Part shown: positions 19,751 through 29,237 of the stretch, piece after piece | How the letters are laid out: each line of letters starts with the position of its first letter | Numbering within the stretch: position 1 is the first letter of the stretch | Assembly: GCF_031769215.1 (NCBI RefSeq) | Contig: NW_026783112.1 | Location: 1-54,075 of the forward strand | Direction: 5' to 3' | From: Ylistrum balloti | Taxonomy: Eukaryota | DNA length: 54,075 nt | Notes under the pieces: generated by a model | Database searches by the model: none | The model's input: only the letters and a program-made list of their open reading frames with translations | What the model was told of the DNA's origin: nothing | Position numbers and translations under genes: made by a program

Positions 19751-20626
19751 TTATTGATTTAATTTATAGCCCCAAAAACCCCAAGCCAATATTATGATTG
19801 ACATGGGCAGAAGGTAGTAGCTAAATAAATAGAGCTTTTCACTTTTAACCATTTTCAACAATAGATGAATGGAGAAATACCCTACAATAAAACTAATTCC
19901 AAAAGCTGTGATGTAGCTTCCACCGTGTTCTATCAATAGATTTTCTTTTCCTAATTTAATAAGTTCTACAAACTCCAAAATGAACGCTCCTGATATTGCT
20001 GGTATAGAAACTAAAAATGAGTACTTCATTGCATCTTGATGTTTCATTCCTAAAAACATAGCGGAAACAATCGTAGCTCCTGATCGGGATATGCCTGGCA
20101 ACACGGCGAATCCTTGTATTATCCCTATTACGACAGCAATCAATAAACTGATGTTCAGTACTTCAATAGATAAGGATTTCTTGAAATTGTATTTGCTCCA
20201 ATATAGAATGGAAGCATTGATTAAAAATAAAATCCCCAATGCTATGTAATTTTGATAGAAATTTAAAATAAGCTCTTTAAGTTCCAATCCAATTAAAGCA
20301 GTAAACAATGAGCTGACAAAAACCATAGCAAAAAATTTTGAAAAAATCATTGACTTGATGGATTTTTTGGAAAATGAATTGGGGGAATTTAAAAAGGAAA
20401 TGATCTCCTTAAAAAAGTTGCCAGTAAGATAAATAATGTCTTTTTTATAAAAAAAAATAGTGGCAAGTAAAGTTGCTAAATGAATAGTGATGTTAAAAAA
20501 AAGAATTTGATCTTGATCGAACTCGTATAAAGATTCGATAAGGGTGAGATGACCTGAGCTGGAGATTGGAAGAAATTCGGTTAGCCCTTGTAAAAAGGAG
20601 AGGCTGATGATTTCTAAATAATTCAA
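19751..20626 (-). CDS. uppP: Undecaprenyl-diphosphate phosphatase
   Basis: LQGLTEFLPISSSGH, IHLATL, QGFAVLPGISRSGATI, YSFLVSIPA. Confidence 0.96.
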   Translation of the reverse strand: MNYLEIISLSFLQGLTEFLPISSSGHLTLIESLYEFDQDQILFFNITIHLATLLATIFFYKKDIIYLTGNFFKEIISFLNSPNSFSKKSIKSMIFSKFFAMVFVSSLFTALIGLELKELILNFYQNYIALGILFLINASILYWSKYNFKKSLSIEVLNISLLIAVVIGIIQGFAVLPGISRSGATIVSAMFLGMKHQDAMKYSFLVSIPAISGAFILEFVELIKLGKENLLIEHGGSYITAFGISFIVGYFSIHLLLKMVKSEKLYLFSYYLLPMSIIILAWGFWGYKLNQ

Positions 20627-21898
20627 TTAATTCCTAACAATGGTATCTTGTTTCTCTGGTCCAGTAGAGATGATTGAAATACGAAGACCTAAATATTCTT
20701 CAAAATAATTAATGAATTTCTGTGCATTGGGATGAAGCTCATCAAAAGTTTGAACTTGATAAACTTGATCTTCCCATCCTTCAAATTCGATATAGACAGG
20801 TTCTGCTTTTTTTAATTTTTGGTTGGATGGAGGAAACATATCGGTTTTGAAACCATCCACTATGTAGTGAGTGCAAAACTTGATTTTTTTATAGCCAGTA
20901 AAAACATCCAATTTGGTGATCACCAAATCAGTAACACCGTTAATCATGAGAGAATACTTGGCTTGAACTCCATCAAACCATCCACAAGATCTCTGTCTAC
21001 CAGTGGTTGCTCCAAATTCTTTGCCTTTATCACGTAGTTGGATGTTTTCTTCGTTGCTAAGAATGGTGGGAAGTGATCCTTTTCCAACTCGAGTTACATA
21101 AGCTTTGAAAACACCATATATTTTTTGAAAGTGATTAACAGCAATTCCCGTACCAGTAGCAGCTCCTCCAGAGGTGGGAGAAGAAGAGGTAACAAAGGGA
21201 TAAGTTCCGAAATCAATGTCAAGCCCTGCTCCTTGTGCACCTTCTAATAGAATATTTTTTTGAGAGATCGCATGGTTAAGGTAATAGGTAGTATCAATTA
21301 CATAGGGTTGGATGATTTTAAAGTCTTTTAAAGTTTTTTCCAAAATTTCTTCAGCGGTCACCAAGTAATCATGTTGATAATAATTTTTCAATAAATTCTT
21401 TTGCTCGTCTAAACAAGATTTTATTTTATTTAAAACTTCTCCTTCATCAAATAAATCTCCGACTCGAATTCCTTTTCGGTCATATTTATCGGTATAGGCA
21501 GGTCCAATGCCTTTACAGGTTGTTCCAACTTTGTTTTCTTTTTGCTCTTTGACTTTATCAATTTCAAGGTGATAGTCCATGACCAAGAAAGCTTTATCAC
21601 TTATAAAAAGGCGTCCCTCAAACGATATTCCCTCTTTTTCTAATGTTTGGATTTCTTTAACTAATTGGGGGAGATAGATGACCATCCCATGAGATAGGAC
21701 AGCAGTTGTTTGAGGATGAAGCACGCTCGAAGGAAGTAGGTGAAAGACGTATTTCACTCCATTTTTGAAAACGGTATGTCCCGCATTGCTACCCCCTTGG
21801 AAGCGACATACAATATGGTACTTGTTAGAGAGAAAGTCAATGATCTTGGCTTTGCCTTCATCACCCCACTGCCCCCCTACAAGGATATCACATTTCAT
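20627..21898 (-). CDS. purA: Adenylosuccinate synthetase
   Basis: GGQWGDEGKAK, RFQGGSNAGHT, GIGPAYTDK, EGAQG..LDIDFGTYPFVTSS, EFGATTGRQR. Confidence 0.98.
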   Translation of the reverse strand: MKCDILVGGQWGDEGKAKIIDFLSNKYHIVCRFQGGSNAGHTVFKNGVKYVFHLLPSSVLHPQTTAVLSHGMVIYLPQLVKEIQTLEKEGISFEGRLFISDKAFLVMDYHLEIDKVKEQKENKVGTTCKGIGPAYTDKYDRKGIRVGDLFDEGEVLNKIKSCLDEQKNLLKNYYQHDYLVTAEEILEKTLKDFKIIQPYVIDTTYYLNHAISQKNILLEGAQGAGLDIDFGTYPFVTSSSPTSGGAATGTGIAVNHFQKIYGVFKAYVTRVGKGSLPTILSNEENIQLRDKGKEFGATTGRQRSCGWFDGVQAKYSLMINGVTDLVITKLDVFTGYKKIKFCTHYIVDGFKTDMFPPSNQKLKKAEPVYIEFEGWEDQVYQVQTFDELHPNAQKFINYFEEYLGLRISIISTGPEKQDTIVRN

Positions 21899-22293
21899 GG
21901 TTGATTGGTTTGCAGATGAAGCACGTAAGTAGCAATGACATGAATTTCGCTATCCGATAGATTGGGGTAAGCTGGCATGGTACTCTTTGGATTGCCAATA
22001 ACTCCCTTTTTAATGGTGGTTTTGATAGTGTTTAAGTCGCTTCCTTGTCTATAGCTACTTAGATCGCTGAAGTCACGGGGCTTAAAATTATCTTCCATTC
22101 TTGCTGCGCGGTAGCCATCACCCTTCCCATAAGTCCCGTGACATTTAACGCAACCTCTCAAGTGATATTGCCTTTGTCCTTCTACCAAAGTTTGCTCAAC
22201 AACTGAAATCTCTTTTTTATTGCTCTTCCCACAACTTATTATGAGTAATAGTAGTAAAAGAATTAAAAAAAAATCTAAGAACCTTAGGGACAT
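21895..22293 (-). CDS. Monoheme cytochrome c, predicted lipoprotein
   Basis: LLLLIISC lipobox-like, CVKCH heme motif, distal MPAY; ATGA overlap with purA. Confidence 0.85.
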   Translation of the reverse strand: MSLRFLDFFLILLLLLLIISCGKSNKKEISVVEQTLVEGQRQYHLRGCVKCHGTYGKGDGYRAARMEDNFKPRDFSDLSSYRQGSDLNTIKTTIKKGVIGNPKSTMPAYPNLSDSEIHVIATYVLHLQTNQP

Positions 22294-22348
22294 AGTTAGG
22301 ATTCTTTTAATCGTTCCTTAAAACTTAGAAAGATTTATAGCATTAATT

Positions 22349-22954
22349 CTATTCTACAGGTTGCCTCAAAATGGATTTCATGTTTTCAGGAATCACCTTA
22401 CGCGGATAGGAAAGATGCACTTCATGGTAAAACCCGTTTTCCTGTAATCCTTGGAGAGAAATAAATTTTTTGATTTCCTTGTAGGAATAAACCTCTGATC
22501 CAATCTTCCCATAATGCATGATTTGTACACACTTTCCTATATTGATTTTTTCAGTAAAGATTTCATCTGCTAATTGAAAGTTTTTTTTGCGAATACAAAA
22601 ATCCTTGGTTTCTTCGATTAAGTCTTCGCTGATAAAGTCGTACTTCCTCACTAAAAGTATCCAAAAGTTATCATCATTACTTATTTGACTTTGAAGTAAA
22701 TTATCACCTTGAGTCCACCTGATTATTTCTAATTTGGGGAAAGTTAAATTAATATCCTGTTTCTTACAAGTTTGCTGAAGCATCTTATAAAAAAAGAAAA
22801 TACCGTTAACTTTGTTGTTAAATTCCACTCCGCTAGTTTCACCTTTTCCTTTTAATTTAATAAAGTCATACTGACCAAGTTCCACAATGGATGGAGCATT
22901 AGTTGCTGTGTGATAAAAGGGATCCTGTTTAACAATATTGTATTTTGTATTCAT
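22349..22954 (-). CDS. GyrI-like small-molecule-binding domain protein
   Basis: IKLKGKG, CVQIMHYG, YHEVHLSYPRKVIPENMKSILRQPV C-terminus typical of this family. Confidence 0.7.
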   Translation of the reverse strand: MNTKYNIVKQDPFYHTATNAPSIVELGQYDFIKLKGKGETSGVEFNNKVNGIFFFYKMLQQTCKKQDINLTFPKLEIIRWTQGDNLLQSQISNDDNFWILLVRKYDFISEDLIEETKDFCIRKKNFQLADEIFTEKINIGKCVQIMHYGKIGSEVYSYKEIKKFISLQGLQENGFYHEVHLSYPRKVIPENMKSILRQPVE

Positions 22955-22963
22955 AATCTTATC

Positions 22964-23494
22964 CTAAGTTTTTATTTTTTCAAATTCATCAATAATTTGA
23001 TCAACCCAATTTTTAATTCTTTCATCGGTTAGGTCCTCCTGGTTATCGTTATCAAGTGACAACCCAAGAAATTTTCCTTTTTGAAGGGCGAGTGATTTTT
23101 CAAATTGATGACCTTCTGGAAGAGTTTTCCCAATAAGTAAAGCTCCTCTCTCCATCAATTTTTCGGCAAGGATTCCAATGGCATCTTGATAAGTATCGGG
23201 ATAGCCTTCTTGGTCGCCGCATCCGTAAACCGCAACGATTTTACCTTTAAAATCCAGTTCATTAAATTCTTCGAATAATTCCCCCAAATCTGCTTGCAAT
23301 TCACCAATATTCCAAGTTGGAGAACCAAAAATGAGGAAGTCATATTCCTTTAAATCATTTATCTTGATATTTGCAATGTCAATCGGGTCGTCTATTTCAA
23401 AATTCTTTGAGGTCAGTAAATTAACAATATCAAAGGCATGTGTTTTTGTGTTCCCAGTTTCTGAAGCATAAACTAAGCCCTTTCTCATAAACAA
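22964..23494 (-). CDS. fldA: Long-chain flavodoxin
   Basis: YASETGNT FMN loop, FGSPTWNIGELQ, YGCGDQEGYPDTYQDA, GLSLDNDNQ. Confidence 0.93.
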   Translation of the reverse strand: MFMRKGLVYASETGNTKTHAFDIVNLLTSKNFEIDDPIDIANIKINDLKEYDFLIFGSPTWNIGELQADLGELFEEFNELDFKGKIVAVYGCGDQEGYPDTYQDAIGILAEKLMERGALLIGKTLPEGHQFEKSLALQKGKFLGLSLDNDNQEDLTDERIKNWVDQIIDEFEKIKT

Positions 23495-23663
23495 GACACA
23501 ATTGATAAAAGATATTATAACATAAATTAGATAATAAAAAAGTAATGAAAAAAAAATAGTCTCATTCTTTGTTTGATTTTCTAAACTTTCTTCCTAAAAT
23601 CAAGTTTTTAGTTGAGATCCTCGTATCTTATGATTTTATGTTATAATTATTAAGATCTTAAAC

Positions 23664-24095
23664 ATGTATAAATTTTCTCTAGGAATTCATTCCCTTAACC
23701 GTTATCTGGTTTTCTTGTTATTATTAGCAGTCATCGTTAATTCCCTTGTCAAGTGGGTCAGTAAGAAAGACTTTAATAGACAGGACAACCTTCTTTCTTT
23801 GTGTTTGATGGTTGTAGCCCACATTCAATTGCTCTTGGGTGCAGTACTTTTCTTCACTAGTGGGCTGGTGAATTTTGAGGTTGCCACTAAAGTTCCGATG
23901 ATACGCTACTGGACAATGGAGCATGGCTTGGGCATGATCATAGCGATTGTCTTAATCACACTCGGGCGTGTTCGATCCAAGAAAATGGCAAAGGTAAACA
24001 GCAAGAAAACCCATCTGGTATTGTTGATTTATAATGTTCTAGCATTCGTTTTGATCATTATGGTTCTCCTACCAAGCGGTCGAAGAATTATTTAA
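23664..24095 (+). CDS. Four-TM membrane protein with conserved His residues (family often loosely labelled cytochrome b)
   Basis: HSLNRY, AHIQLLLG, RYWTMEHG; four hydrophobic segments; function unassigned. Confidence 0.55.
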   Translation: MYKFSLGIHSLNRYLVFLLLLAVIVNSLVKWVSKKDFNRQDNLLSLCLMVVAHIQLLLGAVLFFTSGLVNFEVATKVPMIRYWTMEHGLGMIIAIVLITLGRVRSKKMAKVNSKKTHLVLLIYNVLAFVLIIMVLLPSGRRII

Positions 24096-24114
24096 AAGAG
24101 AATTAATTAGAAAT

Positions 24115-24138
24115 TTTTCTAATTTTCTAATTTTCTAA
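24115..24138. repeat. Tandem (TTTTCTAA)x3
   Basis: Read directly; preceded by the inverted partner TTAGAAA. Confidence 0.8.
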
Positions 24139-24194
24139 TATCATTAGTAATTTTTAGAGTGGATATTTATAAGATTTAATAGATAGCTCAACTC

Positions 24195-24590
24195 ATGGTG
24201 AAAAATAAAAAAGAAATTCGAAGGAAAAGAATTGAAAAGACTCTCTCACAAAATATTTCTCAATTGGTACTTTTGGAAATGCAAGATGACCGCTTGAAAG
24301 ATGAGATGATCTCTATTGTAAAAGTGAACTTAAGGGAAGATTTAGAAGAAGCATCGGTTTATTTCAATACTTATCATCCCCAAAATAAAAACAAGGTTAT
24401 TAAGATGCTTTACCGAGCTGAGCCTTTTTTCCAGTCCGTACTAAAAAAAAAAATCCTCATAAAGAAAATCCCCAAACTAAAATTCTTCTATTACGAAGAA
24501 ACTCAGAACAAAAACTCAGAGGTCGTGAATCTCATTGAAAAGCTTTCCGTCCAATATAATAATCCTCAAGATAAATTGAACCAAGAATGA
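24195..24590 (+). CDS. rbfA: Ribosome-binding factor A
   Basis: RRKRIEK..ISQL..DDRL, VNLREDLEEASVYF, KKIPKLKFFY; size 131 aa. Confidence 0.8.
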   Translation: MVKNKKEIRRKRIEKTLSQNISQLVLLEMQDDRLKDEMISIVKVNLREDLEEASVYFNTYHPQNKNKVIKMLYRAEPFFQSVLKKKILIKKIPKLKFFYYEETQNKNSEVVNLIEKLSVQYNNPQDKLNQE

Positions 24591-24621
24591 AGCGAAACAA
24601 CAATCAAGTAAAAATCCTATT

Positions 24622-25731
24622 ATGAAAAAAATTGGATTCATTGGGTGGCGTGGAATGGTAGGGTCCGTATTGATTGATCGCTTCATAGCTGAAAAAGACT
24701 TTGACGACACCTCCTCGTTTGCCTTATTTAGTACTTCCCAATCTGGAGAGGAAGTCCATCTCTTTCCAGATCGTAGTCATCGATTGCAAGATGCTTATGA
24801 TCTGAATGCTCTTGCTCAAATGGACATATTGGTTTCATGTCAGGGAGGGGAGTACACTAAGAAAGTTCATCCGCAACTTCGATCGAAGGGTTGGGTAGGC
24901 TTTTGGATTGATGCAGCTTCTACTCTGCGGCTTGACGAGAAAAGTGTGATTGTTCTTGATCCTGTTAATCGGGAGATGATTGATCGCAAGCTGGAGCAGG
25001 GTGTTAAAGACTTCATAGGGTCAAACTGCACGGTGGCTATCATGGTGATGGCCATTCACGGCTTGTTTAAAGAAAATCTTATTGAATGGGTGAGTAACAT
25101 GACTTATCAGTCCGCTTCTGGGGTCGGTGCCAAAGGGATTGAAGAGATGATCCAGCAAATGAACATTCTTTCTCATGTAGGAAGAAAGTCTCCTGGAGAA
25201 AGTATTCTTGCCTTGGAAAGACGGCTTACCGAAACAATGAATGATTCTTCCTTTCCACAAGAGAAATTGAAGACCGCTTTAGCGGGCAATATCATTCCAT
25301 GGGTGGATCGTCGCATGGACAATGGACAGTCTCGTGAGGAGTGGAAGGGCTTTAAAGAAACTAATAAAATTTACGGGTTTAATCCTCCCATACCGATTGA
25401 CGGGACCTGTGTGCGTGTAGGGGTAACCCGTTGCCATAGTGAAGGACTTACTATTAAACTCAAGAAAAATTTACCCATTGAAACGATTGAAGAAAAGATT
25501 CGTTCAGCCCATGAATGGGTACATTGGGTACCTAATGAGGGGGATATTACTGTGCAAAAACTTACTCCTTCAAAAATTTCTGGCAAACTCTCCATTGGTG
25601 TGGGGCGGGTAAGAAAAATGGAGATGGGGGGAGAGTATCTTAATGTGTTTTGCATCGGTGATCAATTATTGTGGGGTGCAGCAGAACCCTTGAGGAGAAC
25701 AATTCTCATCCTCATGGGTTTACTTAAATGA
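24622..25731 (+). CDS. asd: Aspartate-semialdehyde dehydrogenase (E. coli/Vibrio-type long form)
   Basis: GFIGWRGMVGSVL, WIDAASTLR, GSNCTV (catalytic Cys), YQSASG, RCHSE, GDQLLWGAAEPLRR. Confidence 0.97.
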   Translation: MKKIGFIGWRGMVGSVLIDRFIAEKDFDDTSSFALFSTSQSGEEVHLFPDRSHRLQDAYDLNALAQMDILVSCQGGEYTKKVHPQLRSKGWVGFWIDAASTLRLDEKSVIVLDPVNREMIDRKLEQGVKDFIGSNCTVAIMVMAIHGLFKENLIEWVSNMTYQSASGVGAKGIEEMIQQMNILSHVGRKSPGESILALERRLTETMNDSSFPQEKLKTALAGNIIPWVDRRMDNGQSREEWKGFKETNKIYGFNPPIPIDGTCVRVGVTRCHSEGLTIKLKKNLPIETIEEKIRSAHEWVHWVPNEGDITVQKLTPSKISGKLSIGVGRVRKMEMGGEYLNVFCIGDQLLWGAAEPLRRTILILMGLLK

Positions 25732-25743
25732 CAAGGAGTTGAT

Positions 25744-26673
25744 ATGTACCAAGTCATTGATCTCTACTTTCAAAAACAAAGTAAAAATATTGCTTGTTTT
25801 CTCATGCCGATTAAGGAAGGTGATCGAACAAAGTGGATTATGTTTGAAACAGGTCCTTACAGTTGTTATCCAATTCTAGAGACAAGTCTCAAGGAAAAAG
25901 GAATTGCTATTGAGGATATCACCAAAGTCTTTGTGACCCATATCCACCTTGACCATTCTGGGGGGGCATGGAAATTAGCGGAAAGTGGAACTGATATTTA
26001 TGTTCACCCTATTGGAGCTCCCTTCATGGTCGATCCCACAAAGTTAGTGGAGTCGGCTTCTCGCATCTACGGGGATCAGATGGAAACATTGTGGTCAATG
26101 GTGAAAGGAATCGACAAAAAAAAGGTTTTCCCTGTAGATGACGGAAAGGTTTACTACTTTAAAGATCTAGAAGGAAACGAATTTTCTGTCCAAGCGCATC
26201 ACAATCCAGGGCATGCAAGTCATCACATTGCATGGCAAGCTGGGAAAATCCTTTTTGCGGGGGACGTTCTTGGTATTCGCATTGATAACTGCCTAGTAGA
26301 TGTTCCTTGTCCGCCGCCTGACTATCATCCTGAATTATGGTTGGATTCAATAACTAAAATTCAAAAACTGGATCTGGATGAAGTGGTGCTAACCCATTTT
26401 GGAAGTTTCACAGACATTGATCATCACATTGACCAACTCAAAAACCGCATGCGAAAAGTCATGGATTGGTTTCGCAGGCAACTTAAGCAATCCATCACGC
26501 GTAATGAAGTAGAGAAGCAATTCATTGATTTTATTAAACAAGGTTACATTCAAAACGGCATGACAGAAAAGGATATTGAGAATTATATTAATATCAACCC
26601 CCCCTTCATGACAGTGATGGGAGTGCTTCGCTATTTGAAAAAGTATGAGGAACTTACCTGTAGTGATATTTAG
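25744..26673 (+). CDS. Metallo-beta-lactamase fold hydrolase
   Basis: THIHLDHSGG (HxHxDH), PGHASHH, FAGD, LTHFG. Confidence 0.9.
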   Translation: MYQVIDLYFQKQSKNIACFLMPIKEGDRTKWIMFETGPYSCYPILETSLKEKGIAIEDITKVFVTHIHLDHSGGAWKLAESGTDIYVHPIGAPFMVDPTKLVESASRIYGDQMETLWSMVKGIDKKKVFPVDDGKVYYFKDLEGNEFSVQAHHNPGHASHHIAWQAGKILFAGDVLGIRIDNCLVDVPCPPPDYHPELWLDSITKIQKLDLDEVVLTHFGSFTDIDHHIDQLKNRMRKVMDWFRRQLKQSITRNEVEKQFIDFIKQGYIQNGMTEKDIENYININPPFMTVMGVLRYLKKYEELTCSDI

Positions 26674-26782
26674 AAGTCAAAACTGTTTTTCCCAAATACG
26701 ATTTCCCCATAACCATTAATAAAAAACAACATCAGGTTCTAAGGTGCCAGTTCCCTCTTTTAGTTTATAGTAAAATAATGTA

Positions 26783-28108
26783 GTGAAAAAAAAATCTATT
26801 AATATTGGAATGTTTGGTCTTGGGGTGGTTGGATCAGGGGTTTTAAAGTTACTCCAAGAAAACCAACATATCATAAAAAAACGTTGTGATAAAGTTTTCA
26901 AAGTTACCAAAGTAGTTGTTAAGGACATAAAAAAAAAAAGAAACCTCACTCCTCGAGCCTTGAAAGGTACAAAAATTTCTGATGATCCCAATACTATTTT
27001 AAATGATCCAGAAATTGATGTTATTCTTGAACTCATCGGTGGCAAAGGTTTAGCATACAAGGTATTCGAGCAATGTGCTAAAAATAGAAAGCCCATCATT
27101 ACTGCAAACAAGGCCTTTCTTGCCGAGAAAAGTGATGACTTAAACCATTTTTTCAAGAAAGGGCGAACTTGTTTAGGTATTGAAGCCAGTGTGGCGGGAT
27201 CAGTGCCTATTCTCCAAACTCTTCGTTATGGATTAAGTGCAAACGATATTCGAAGTGTTCATGGGATCATCAACGGTACCGCGAATTATATCCTCACTGC
27301 CATGGAGATGCGAGACTTGTCCTTTAAGGAAGCTCTTAGCGAAGCTAAAAAATTTGGTTATGCTGAGCAAGACCCAACATTTGATATTAAGGGACATGAC
27401 AGTGCTCACAAACTTTCGATTCTCATGGGGATTGCTTTCCATCATAGTTTTCGCTATGCTGAAATCAGCAAGCAAGGAATCGATCAAGTGGATGCGACTG
27501 ACATCCACTATGCTAAAGAATTCGGTTATGTAATGAAGCTCCTTGGCATTGCAAAAAAAACTAAACTTGGTTATGAAGGGAGGGTTCATCCCACTTTGAT
27601 TCCCGAGACTCATTTATTAGCAGCGGTTCATGGGGTTCATAATGCTGTCTTTGTAGATGGGAATTACTCAGGACCTCAACTTATCTATGGAATGGGTGCA
27701 GGATCCAAGCCCACTGCCTCGGCTGTCGTTTCAGATTTGATTGGTATGTTTGAGTATGAGAGTATCCATTCCTCTCTTAGTTCGCCCGAAGAAAGATATT
27801 TCTTTGAAAACAGCTTGGAAAAAATCATCCCACTTGAAAAGATTTTTTCTAAATTCTATATTCGTTTTCGCATCTTTGATCGCATTGGGGTGATGAGCCG
27901 CATTAGTTCCATCTTAAGTAAGAATCAAATCAGTATTTCTCAGATGATTCAAAAAAGGTTAGTAAACAGCAATGCAAAAGTTGATCTTATTATCATCACT
28001 AATAATTGCTTGGAAAAAAACATGAACCTAGCCTTAAAAAGTATCTCACAAGAAAATTTTGTTTCGGGGTGTTATCATTGGTACCGGATAGAGGATATTA
28101 ATGAGTAA
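26783..28108 (+). CDS. hom: Homoserine dehydrogenase with C-terminal ACT domain
   Basis: GLGVVGSG, ITANKA, EASVAGSVP, GIINGTANYIL, GYAEQDPTFDIKGHD, GAGSKPTASAV. Confidence 0.96.
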   Translation: MKKKSINIGMFGLGVVGSGVLKLLQENQHIIKKRCDKVFKVTKVVVKDIKKKRNLTPRALKGTKISDDPNTILNDPEIDVILELIGGKGLAYKVFEQCAKNRKPIITANKAFLAEKSDDLNHFFKKGRTCLGIEASVAGSVPILQTLRYGLSANDIRSVHGIINGTANYILTAMEMRDLSFKEALSEAKKFGYAEQDPTFDIKGHDSAHKLSILMGIAFHHSFRYAEISKQGIDQVDATDIHYAKEFGYVMKLLGIAKKTKLGYEGRVHPTLIPETHLLAAVHGVHNAVFVDGNYSGPQLIYGMGAGSKPTASAVVSDLIGMFEYESIHSSLSSPEERYFFENSLEKIIPLEKIFSKFYIRFRIFDRIGVMSRISSILSKNQISISQMIQKRLVNSNAKVDLIIITNNCLEKNMNLALKSISQENFVSGCYHWYRIEDINE

Positions 28109-29213
28109 ATTCCCGCAATTTCCAGAGTCGCCGTCTTCTGGTAAAGACTCCCATTCCTATTATAAAAGTCTTTTTCGATACACTTTTTGGGTTTTTTTTA
28201 TTTTTCTTTTTACCTTTGGTGTGGTGTTTGTGGCCCTTCTAAAGAAAAATGAAACACACCAGTTAATTGATTTTCGGGGTCGTAATATCGTTTCTGCCAT
28301 GCAGTGGATCAATCGACACTCCCTTCGTGTAGTGATTTATGAAAAGATTGATCTTAATGTACCTCGCTACCATATCATCTCTCAAAATCCCGAACCTGGC
28401 GATACAGTCAAAGAAAACCGTACGATCTCTTTAACGGTGAGTTCGGGGAATAAGACATTGATGCCCAATTATGTAGGAAGTAATTATACCGAATCCTATA
28501 ATAACCTTTTCGCTCATTTTTCTGGCTATCAGGTGATTCCGAAAGTAACTAAAGTTGAAAGGTTTTCGGATATTAACGAGGAATTGATTATTGATCATTA
28601 TCCTCGGTATGATGAACCTGTTGATCTTCAAGAGGAAATTATCTTTGTTGTAAGTAAGGGCCATACCTTTGGGCCGATTGTAGTAAGTGATTACATTTCT
28701 TCAAACTACATCGATATTGAAGAGAAAATGCTTACAGCTGGGATTAATGTGAAAGAGAATTATATTTTTACCCGTAATCGTAATTTATCAGGGAAAATTG
28801 TTTCCCAAGACCAGACAAATGGCACGACCCTCAATCGAGGAGATAGTATTCAATTCACTGTGGGAATTTTTTCAAGCAAAGAACAAATTGACGATAAAGT
28901 CATCAACAAGATTGAAATTTTAAGAACCTATGAACTTGTAGTACCAAAGATAAGCAATATAGAAAACTTTAAAGAAATTATCAGTAGCAACAACCAAATC
29001 CTTTTTTCAAGTAATGTCCAAAGCATCCTTTCGGTCAGTGATCAAAGGCGAGTAAAGGTTATATTGAAAGATTCCTTAGGCGAGAGGGTACTGATTGACG
29101 ATTTTTATCGTTTTGAAGAAAAAATCTTCCTTCCTTATAAAACGGTGGGAAGAGCAGAATTGCAAGTTTACATTGATGAAAAGCTTTTTGAAGAAATTAA
29201 ATTAAGTAAGTAA
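28101..29213 (+). CDS. Membrane-anchored PASTA-domain protein (no kinase or PBP domain)
   Basis: N-terminal TM; repeats IISQNPEPG..V..LTVSSG, IIDHYP..I.FVVSKG, IVSQDQTNG..I.FTV. Confidence 0.75.
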   Translation: MSKFPQFPESPSSGKDSHSYYKSLFRYTFWVFFIFLFTFGVVFVALLKKNETHQLIDFRGRNIVSAMQWINRHSLRVVIYEKIDLNVPRYHIISQNPEPGDTVKENRTISLTVSSGNKTLMPNYVGSNYTESYNNLFAHFSGYQVIPKVTKVERFSDINEELIIDHYPRYDEPVDLQEEIIFVVSKGHTFGPIVVSDYISSNYIDIEEKMLTAGINVKENYIFTRNRNLSGKIVSQDQTNGTTLNRGDSIQFTVGIFSSKEQIDDKVINKIEILRTYELVVPKISNIENFKEIISSNNQILFSSNVQSILSVSDQRRVKVILKDSLGERVLIDDFYRFEEKIFLPYKTVGRAELQVYIDEKLFEEIKLSK

Positions 29214-29222
29214 GTAAGTAAG
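29203..29222. repeat. Microsatellite (TAAG)x5 overlapping the PASTA gene stop codon
   Basis: Read directly: taagtaagtaagtaagtaag. Confidence 0.9.
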
Positions 29223-29237
29223 TGAATTGACAGATCT

